Assembly: GCA_017934525.1 (NCBI GenBank)
Contig: JAGBJJ010000031.1
Span: forward strand, 14,184 to 78,183
Direction: 5' to 3'
DNA from: Prevotella sp.
Lineage (GTDB): Bacteria > Bacteroidota > Bacteroidia > Bacteroidales > Bacteroidaceae
Length of the DNA: 64,000 nucleotides
Below the pieces are notes generated by a model, which saw only the letters and a list, made by a program, of their open reading frames with translations, made no database searches and was not told the origin of the DNA. Positions 57,852 through 64,000 of this stretch are shown here, one piece after another (the stretch's first letter is position 1; each line of letters begins with the position of its first letter). Both the position numbers and the translations under genes were made by a program.

Positions 57852-59577
57852 CAACAAAAACAACGTCAACATACTGACAGCCCTGCTCCTGCAGCACGGC
57901 GTCAGCCATGCCGTGGTGTGCCCCGGCTCACGCAACGCCCCCATCGTACACAACCTCGACACATGCCCGCAGATTACGTGCCACCCCGTCACCGATGAAC
58001 GGTCGGCAGGATTTGTGGCTCTCGGCATGGCGCAACAGCTGCAGGCGCCGGTGGCCGTGTGTGTCACGTCGGGCTCGGCCCTGCTTAATGTGTCGCCCGC
58101 CGTGGCCGAAGCCTTCTATCAGCATGTGCCACTGGTGGTCATCTCAGCCGACCGTCCCCCTATGTGGATCGATCAGCTCGACGGCCAGACCATTTGGCAG
58201 GCGGGCGCCCTCGGCCAGCTGGTGAAGAAGGCAGTCAACCTGCCCGAGCCCGCCCGAGCCGCCACCGATGAGTGGTGGCACTGCAATCGTCTGGTCAACG
58301 AGGCACTCCTTGCCGCCACTGCCGACGGCATGGGCCCGGTGCACATCAACGTGCCCATCCACGAACCACTTTTCGACTTCACCACCGACTCGCTGCCCTC
58401 CGAGCGCGTCATCCGCGCCATCCCCATGACTACCGATGCCGAGCTCATTGGCCACGAGCTGCTGCCGCGTTTCTTCGCGGCTCGACGCCCCATGATCGTG
58501 GTGGGCCAGACCAAGGCTGCGCTGTCCAGCGTCGTCCAAGAACCTTGGTTCAACTGCATCAGCCACTATGCCGTGGTGCTCCATGAAGCACTGGCCGACC
58601 TGCCCTGTCCCAATCATTTCGACGAGGCGCTCGTCAGCATCGGCGATGCCCCCGACTACCGCCCCGACTTTGTGCTGGTCCTGGGGGGCACCCTCGTCAG
58701 CAAGCGTCTGAAACAGTTTCTCCGCTCATGCAGTCATGCCACCATTGCCGCCGTCAGCGAGTCGGGCCAGCTGGCCGATACGTTCACCCATCTGTCGCTG
58801 CTTGTCAGAGCCCGCCCAGCCGACGTACTGCAGTTCATCGCTCAGGCCATTGCCCAGGGCGACAACTGCCACGCTGGCTCCTCACAGGACATTGACGGGC
58901 CTGCCAGTTTCCGACGCCGCTGGCACCTGCGTCTCAACCAGGCAGCCGACCACGCCGCCCGCTTCTCGCCGCCCTATTCGCAGATGGCAGCAGTCAGATG
59001 CTTTGAGCAGAGTTTGGCAGCTTCTGGGCGCACATGGAGCGTGCACTACGCCAACAGCTCGGCTGTTCGTCTGGCCAACATCTATGCCGACCACTACGTC
59101 AGCTGCAACCGCGGCGTCAACGGCATCGAGGGCTCGCTGTCTGCCGCTGTGGGCAGCTCTCTGGTGGCCCCCTATGGCGTGGTCTGCGTCATTGGCGACC
59201 TCAGCTTCTTCTACGACCAGAACTCGCTCTGGAACCAGCAGCTCAGAGGCAATCTGCGCATACTGTTGCTCAACAACGGCGGCGGCGGCATCTTCCGTCA
59301 ACTTAAAGGACTCGAAAAAAGTGCCGCCCGCGACGTACTCGTGGCGGCAGCCCACCACACTTCGGCCGAGGGCATCTGCCGCCAGAACGACGTCGTCTAT
59401 CTCTCGGCCCACACCCAGCAGCAGTTGCAAGCCGCCATGCCACAGCTGCTAATCGACGACTCGCCCCGTCCTGTGCTGCTTGAGGTGTTCACCGATGCCG
59501 ATACCGATGCCCTCACCCTCAGCACATACCTGGACAGCCTGTCGCACCAGGAGCCCTCTGTCGTGAGCAAACAGTAA
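57844..59577 (+). CDS. menD: SEPHCHC synthase
   Basis: CPGSRNAP, DERSAGF, ADRP, NRGVNGIEG, GDLSFFYD and NNGGGGIF; GTG start. Confidence 0.95.
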   Translation: MYSNKNNVNILTALLLQHGVSHAVVCPGSRNAPIVHNLDTCPQITCHPVTDERSAGFVALGMAQQLQAPVAVCVTSGSALLNVSPAVAEAFYQHVPLVVISADRPPMWIDQLDGQTIWQAGALGQLVKKAVNLPEPARAATDEWWHCNRLVNEALLAATADGMGPVHINVPIHEPLFDFTTDSLPSERVIRAIPMTTDAELIGHELLPRFFAARRPMIVVGQTKAALSSVVQEPWFNCISHYAVVLHEALADLPCPNHFDEALVSIGDAPDYRPDFVLVLGGTLVSKRLKQFLRSCSHATIAAVSESGQLADTFTHLSLLVRARPADVLQFIAQAIAQGDNCHAGSSQDIDGPASFRRRWHLRLNQAADHAARFSPPYSQMAAVRCFEQSLAASGRTWSVHYANSSAVRLANIYADHYVSCNRGVNGIEGSLSAAVGSSLVAPYGVVCVIGDLSFFYDQNSLWNQQLRGNLRILLLNNGGGGIFRQLKGLEKSAARDVLVAAAHHTSAEGICRQNDVVYLSAHTQQQLQAAMPQLLIDDSPRPVLLEVFTDADTDALTLSTYLDSLSHQEPSVVSKQ

Positions 59578-59719
59578 ATAACTCACAGGAGATGGAGAGG
59601 TAAAGAAGACTGAGTATATATAATTAAAAAATATTAAAAGATTAGAAATATCACAGAAAAAATGTACCTTTGCACCACCTTAACGTGCATAAGCATAAAT
59701 AATAACTAAAATACCAAAT

Positions 59720-61732
59720 ATGAAACGTATCCTTACAACACTTAACGCTTTGGTGCTTGTTCTGTTGGCACAGGCCCAGATGGCTGATCCCGTACACTTC
59801 ACCTCGAAGATGAACATGCTCGACGGCGACATGGCCGAAATCGTATTCAACTGTACCATCGACCCAGGATGGCACGTCTACTCGACCGACATCACCGACG
59901 ACGGCCCGACAAAGGCCACCTTCAACGTTGACAAGAAAGACGGCGTGGAGCTGGTGGGCAAGCTGACGCCACGCGGCAAGGTGACCGAGAAGTTCGATGA
60001 GATGTTCGGCACCAACCTGCGTTTCTTCGAGAACAAGGGCGCCTTCGTCCAGAAGATTCGTTTCACCAAGCCCCAATACACCATCGACTGCTATCTGGAG
60101 TATGGCGCCTGCAACGACGAGATGTGCATGCCCCCCACCACGGTGCAGTTCAAGCAGAGCGGCAAGGCTTCCGCTGTGGCCGAGGATGCCAAGGCCGAAG
60201 AGGCTGAGGAGCCTGCTGCCGAAGAACCTGAGGCTGCCGCCGACTCCGCGCAGACCGATACCGCCGTCGTGGCTGCTGCTCCCGTCAACGGCAACGACCT
60301 CTGGGCTCCCATCACCGACGAACTGAGCCAGCTGGAACGTGGCGGCGAAGACGCCTCCTCGATGTCGTGGTGGAAGATATTCCTCAGCGGTCTGCTGGCC
60401 GGTTTCCTCGCTGTGCTCACGCCCTGCGTATGGCCCATCATTCCCATGACGGTGTCGTTCTTCCTGAAGCGCAACAAAGACCGCAAAAAGGCCATCAACG
60501 AAGCTATCACCTACGGTCTCTCCATTGTGGTCATCTATGTGGTGCTCGGCCTTGTGGTCACGCTGCTCTTCGGCGCCTCGGCGCTCAACGCCCTCAGCAC
60601 CAACGCCATCTTCAACATCTTCTTCGCCCTGCTGCTCATTGTCTTTGCCGCCTCGTTCTTCGGAGCCTTCGAGCTGACGCTGCCCAGCAGCTGGTCTAAC
60701 AAGATTGACCAGAAGTCGGAGAACACCACCGGCCTGCTCTCCATCTTCCTCATGGCCTTCACACTGACGCTCGTGTCGTTCTCGTGCACTGGCCCCATCG
60801 TGGGTTTCCTGCTTGTAGCCGTCTCCACCCAGGGCGACATCATTGCTCCCACCATCGGCATGCTGGGCTTCGCCATTGCCTTAGCTATCCCCTTCACCCT
60901 CTTCGCCATGTTCCCCTCGCTGCTGAAAGCTGCGCCTAAATCGGGCGGCTGGATGAACACCGTGAAGGTGGTGCTCGGCTTCGTCGAGTTGGCTTTTGCC
61001 CTGAAGTTCCTCTCCGTGGCCGACCTGGCCTATGGCTGGCGTCTGCTCGACCGCGAGGTGTTCGTCTGCCTCTGGATAGCTCTGTTCGGGCTGCTCGGTG
61101 CCTACCTGCTGGGCTGGCTGAAGTTCCCCCACGACGACGACCAGCACCGCACCAACGTGCCACAGTTCTTCATGGGCCTCATCTCGCTGGCCTTTGCCAT
61201 CTACATGGTACCCGGCCTGTGGGGTGCTCCGCTGAAGGCAATCTCGGCTTTCGCACCTCCCATGTACACGCAGGACTTCAACCTCTACACCGGTTCCGTC
61301 GAGGCTAAATATACCGATTACGACCTGGGCATGGCTGCCGCACGCGCCGAGGGTAAGCCCGTGATGGTCGACTTCACTGGCTTCGGCTGCGTAAACTGCC
61401 GCAAGATGGAGGCTGCCGTATGGACCGATGCCAAGGTGCAGGACATCCTGAATAATAAATATGTGCTCATCTCGCTCTTCGTCGACGACAAGACGCCGCT
61501 GCCCGAGCCCATCGAGGTGACCGACGTCGACGGACAGACACGCAAGCTGCGCACCATCGGCGATAAGTGGAGCTACCTGCAGCGCGTGAAGATTGGCGCC
61601 AACACGCAGCCCTATTACGTGCTGCTCGACCCGCAGACGGGCAAACCCCTCAACGGTCTGCGCTCCTACGACGAGAATATCAGCGAGTACGTGGAGTTCC
61701 TGGAGAAAGGACTGAGCAACTATAAGAAATAA
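59720..61732 (+). CDS. dsbD: Thiol:disulfide interchange protein DsbD
   Basis: N-domain ACNDEMC, TM domain TPCVWP and SCTGP, thioredoxin GCVNC. Confidence 0.9.
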   Translation: MKRILTTLNALVLVLLAQAQMADPVHFTSKMNMLDGDMAEIVFNCTIDPGWHVYSTDITDDGPTKATFNVDKKDGVELVGKLTPRGKVTEKFDEMFGTNLRFFENKGAFVQKIRFTKPQYTIDCYLEYGACNDEMCMPPTTVQFKQSGKASAVAEDAKAEEAEEPAAEEPEAAADSAQTDTAVVAAAPVNGNDLWAPITDELSQLERGGEDASSMSWWKIFLSGLLAGFLAVLTPCVWPIIPMTVSFFLKRNKDRKKAINEAITYGLSIVVIYVVLGLVVTLLFGASALNALSTNAIFNIFFALLLIVFAASFFGAFELTLPSSWSNKIDQKSENTTGLLSIFLMAFTLTLVSFSCTGPIVGFLLVAVSTQGDIIAPTIGMLGFAIALAIPFTLFAMFPSLLKAAPKSGGWMNTVKVVLGFVELAFALKFLSVADLAYGWRLLDREVFVCLWIALFGLLGAYLLGWLKFPHDDDQHRTNVPQFFMGLISLAFAIYMVPGLWGAPLKAISAFAPPMYTQDFNLYTGSVEAKYTDYDLGMAAARAEGKPVMVDFTGFGCVNCRKMEAAVWTDAKVQDILNNKYVLISLFVDDKTPLPEPIEVTDVDGQTRKLRTIGDKWSYLQRVKIGANTQPYYVLLDPQTGKPLNGLRSYDENISEYVEFLEKGLSNYKK

Positions 61733-61739
61733 CCATTTC

Positions 61740-61784
61740 AAATGAGTAATGAGAAATGAGTGATTCACTACTCATTATTCATTT
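61740..61784. repeat. Heptamer-repeat inverted element (AATGAGW x3 plus inverted copy)
   Basis: aaatgagtaatgagaaatgagtga...ctcattattcattt. Confidence 0.55.
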
Positions 61785-61791
61785 AATCCTA

Positions 61792-63084
61792 ATGACTATG
61801 ATAGAAAAGAAAACACGTCAACAGATTATCGACCTGGTAAACCAGGAGGTAGTCCCCGCCATCGGCTGTACTGAGCCCATGGCGGTGGCTCTTTGTGCGG
61901 CACGCGCCACCGAAGTGCTGGGCCAGCGGCCCGAGCGCATCGAGGCCTACCTGAGTGCCAACATTCTGAAAAACGCCATGGGCGTAGGCATACCCGGCAC
62001 AGGCATGATAGGCCTGCCCATCGCCATTGCCCTCGGTGCCCTCATCGGCAAGAGCGAATACCAGCTGGAGGTTATCAAAGATCTCACACCCGACTCTCTG
62101 GAGCAAGGCAAGCAGTATATCAACGAGAAGCGCATCGGCGTTCACCTGAAAGAGGGCATCCAGGAGAAACTCTACGCCGAGGTGGTCTGCTCAGCAGCCG
62201 GCAAGAGCGCCACGGCCATCATCAGCGGCTCTCACACCAACATCGTCTATGCCGGCTCCACAGCCGATGCCCCCCGCAACATAGGCCTGGAGGCTAAACA
62301 CGAGGAGCAGGGCGGCATCAAGCTCAGCCTGCGCATGGTCTACGACTTCGCCACCACCGCACCGCTCGACGAGATTAGCTTCATCCTCTCAGCCCGCGAC
62401 TACAACATCGGGGCTGCACACCAGGCCATCAAAGGCAACTACGGCCACAATCTGGGCAAGACCATCGACCGCCCCCTCTCTAAGGGCATCTTCGGCAACT
62501 CCATCTACAGCCACATCATCGCTCGCACTGCCTCGGCCTGCGACGCCCGCATGGGCGGCGCCATGATTCCCGTCATGTCCAACTCTGGCTCGGGCAACCA
62601 GGGCATCTGCGCTACCAACCCCGTCTGCGTCTATGCTGAAGAGAACGAGAACACTGAGGAAGAGCTCATCCGCGCCCTCATGCTCTCGCACCTCACCGCC
62701 ATCTACATCAAGCAGTCGCTTGGTCGCCTGTCGGCCCTCTGTGGCTGCGTCGTCGCCGGCATCGGCTCGAGCGTAGGCATCACGCTCCTCATGGGTGGCG
62801 GCTACGAGCAGGTGTGCAGCTCGGTGAAGAACATGATTGCCAACATCGCCGGCATGCTCTGCGACGGTGCCAAGCCGTCGTGTGCGCTCAAGATTGCCTC
62901 GGGCGTGAGCACCGCCGTCATGTCGGCTCTGCTCTCCATGGAGGGCAAATGCGTCACATCGGCCGAGGGCATCGTCGACGACGACATCGACCGCACCATC
63001 CACAACCTCACCGCCATTGGTGCCGACGCCATGTGCCAGACCGACGACCTCGTGCTCCGCATCATGACGAGTAAAGGTTGCTAA
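61792..63084 (+). CDS. UPF0597/YhaM family serine dehydratase-alpha-like protein (L-cysteine desulfidase-like)
   Basis: PAIGCTEP, ACDARM.G, SGSGNQG, LSALCGC and CDGAKPSCALK; start 61792 or 61798. Confidence 0.85.
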   Translation: MTMIEKKTRQQIIDLVNQEVVPAIGCTEPMAVALCAARATEVLGQRPERIEAYLSANILKNAMGVGIPGTGMIGLPIAIALGALIGKSEYQLEVIKDLTPDSLEQGKQYINEKRIGVHLKEGIQEKLYAEVVCSAAGKSATAIISGSHTNIVYAGSTADAPRNIGLEAKHEEQGGIKLSLRMVYDFATTAPLDEISFILSARDYNIGAAHQAIKGNYGHNLGKTIDRPLSKGIFGNSIYSHIIARTASACDARMGGAMIPVMSNSGSGNQGICATNPVCVYAEENENTEEELIRALMLSHLTAIYIKQSLGRLSALCGCVVAGIGSSVGITLLMGGGYEQVCSSVKNMIANIAGMLCDGAKPSCALKIASGVSTAVMSALLSMEGKCVTSAEGIVDDDIDRTIHNLTAIGADAMCQTDDLVLRIMTSKGC

Positions 63085-63099
63085 TCAGCAATCATCCCC

Positions 63100-63157
63100 A
63101 ACAGCGAAGAGGGACGGGGCAGCTACACTAATAGCAGCCCCGTCCCTCTTCGCTGTT
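63100..63157. terminator. 21-bp inverted repeat terminator
   Basis: AACAGCGAAGAGGGACGGGGC/GCCCCGTCCCTCTTCGCTGTT. Confidence 0.75.
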
Positions 63158-63288
63158 TAACATTTTCCTTTAGACATTGCAGCACGACTGAAGCAAGGAA
63201 ACCTCCCTGAAGTTTTTTTGAAAATACCGAACGGAACATGCGCATGAGCATGTCCGTCCGGTAGGAATCGTCCGCGACTTGTATGGAA

Positions 63289-64000
63289 TCAAATACCGAT
63301 TCCCCTGCGATAGTCCATAGGCGTGATGCCGTACATCTTCTTGAAGGCACTATAGAAATTGGGTGTGTGCTCGAAGCCGCAGCGGTCGGCTACGTCCTCG
63401 ATTGTCAGTCCGGGTTTGGTTTCCAGCAGGCGGCGTGCCCTTTGCATCTTTATCTTCAGCATGTATGAGGCAGGAGAGTCGCCTGTGATGGCCACCAGCT
63501 TCCGGTGGAACTGTCGGGGACTCATGCAGAGTCTATCCGCCAGAGTGTTCACATCCAGCCGTCGCTTGTCCATAAGCTGATAGATGAAATCGACCGTCTT
63601 GGCCAAAAAGCGGCGCTCTGCATCCGTGAGCCGAGTGTTCTTATCGTTGTCCGTGTCGGCATTCTTGCTGAACTTGCCACGCAGGCGTCGATGGCGGTCA
63701 AGCAGTTTCTCCACCCTTGTGCGCATCTCGTCGGTGTTGAATGGCTTGGCAAGATAGGCATCGGCACCTGCTTCCAGTCCCTTGATGCGCTCCTCCTCCG
63801 TAACCTTTGCCGTTACCACGATGATGGGGATATGGTCGGTAATCTCGTTGCCGCGCACCTGCCGGCACACCTCCAGTCCGTCCATGCCGGGCATCATCAG
63901 GTCGGTGATGATGAGGTCGGGCACTTGTTCTTGTGCCTTTTCAAGTCCCACCTTACCGTTCTCCGCATAAGAAACAGCGTAGCGACCGGAAAACTGCGAG
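63289..64000 (-). CDS. C-terminal part of a hybrid two-component / AraC response regulator (runs off the window)
   Basis: Receiver domain (PDLIITDLMMP, TAK, KPF) plus AraC HTH (CGF..NFYSAFKKMYG.TP). Confidence 0.88.
   Translation of the reverse strand, partial: SQFSGRYAVSYAENGKVGLEKAQEQVPDLIITDLMMPGMDGLEVCRQVRGNEITDHIPIIVVTAKVTEEERIKGLEAGADAYLAKPFNTDEMRTRVEKLLDRHRRLRGKFSKNADTDNDKNTRLTDAERRFLAKTVDFIYQLMDKRRLDVNTLADRLCMSPRQFHRKLVAITGDSPASYMLKIKMQRARRLLETKPGLTIEDVADRCGFEHTPNFYSAFKKMYGITPMDYRRGIGI

Noticed and set aside
1-64000. Mobile elements, prophage, defence systems, tRNA/rRNA
   Set aside because: No transposase, integrase, phage or defence motifs, no cloverleaf or rRNA signatures, and no obvious compositional island by eye

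Overview
A gene-dense, mostly core-chromosome segment from a Bacteroidales bacterium, most likely Prevotella/Prevotellaceae. Supporting signs are TAnnTTTG '-7' promoter elements before most transcription units, AT-rich start regions without SD motifs, GC-rich coding DNA and typical gene content. About 60 CDS cover NAD and glutamine synthesis, the shikimate and menaquinone pathways, Kdo and rhamnose synthesis, glycogen branching, a methylmalonyl-CoA epimerase/carboxyltransferase operon, rny-zapA, DsbD and an ECF sigma cassette. I saw no rRNA, tRNA, CRISPR array, transposase or prophage. Best leads: (1) a tatA-tatC-polyferredoxin-aldo/keto reductase operon, in which the reductase has a Tat lipoprotein signal and the membrane polyferredoxin has an internal KRSFL Tat-like motif, suggesting a periplasm-facing redox module with its own translocase; (2) an mce-mmdA-(unannotated 49-aa ORF)-biotin carrier operon with no Na+-pump beta subunit, which looks like a soluble decarboxylase or transcarboxylase; (3) a twice-repeated TGTAATAA-N13-CTGTC candidate ECF promoter; (4) a dispersed intergenic palindrome family AATTYYGGCCRRAATT with a 21-bp-period triple array; (5) a long, alternatively pairing 5' leader before menI-menF-menD. 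Product calls come from motif recognition only; no database searches were run.
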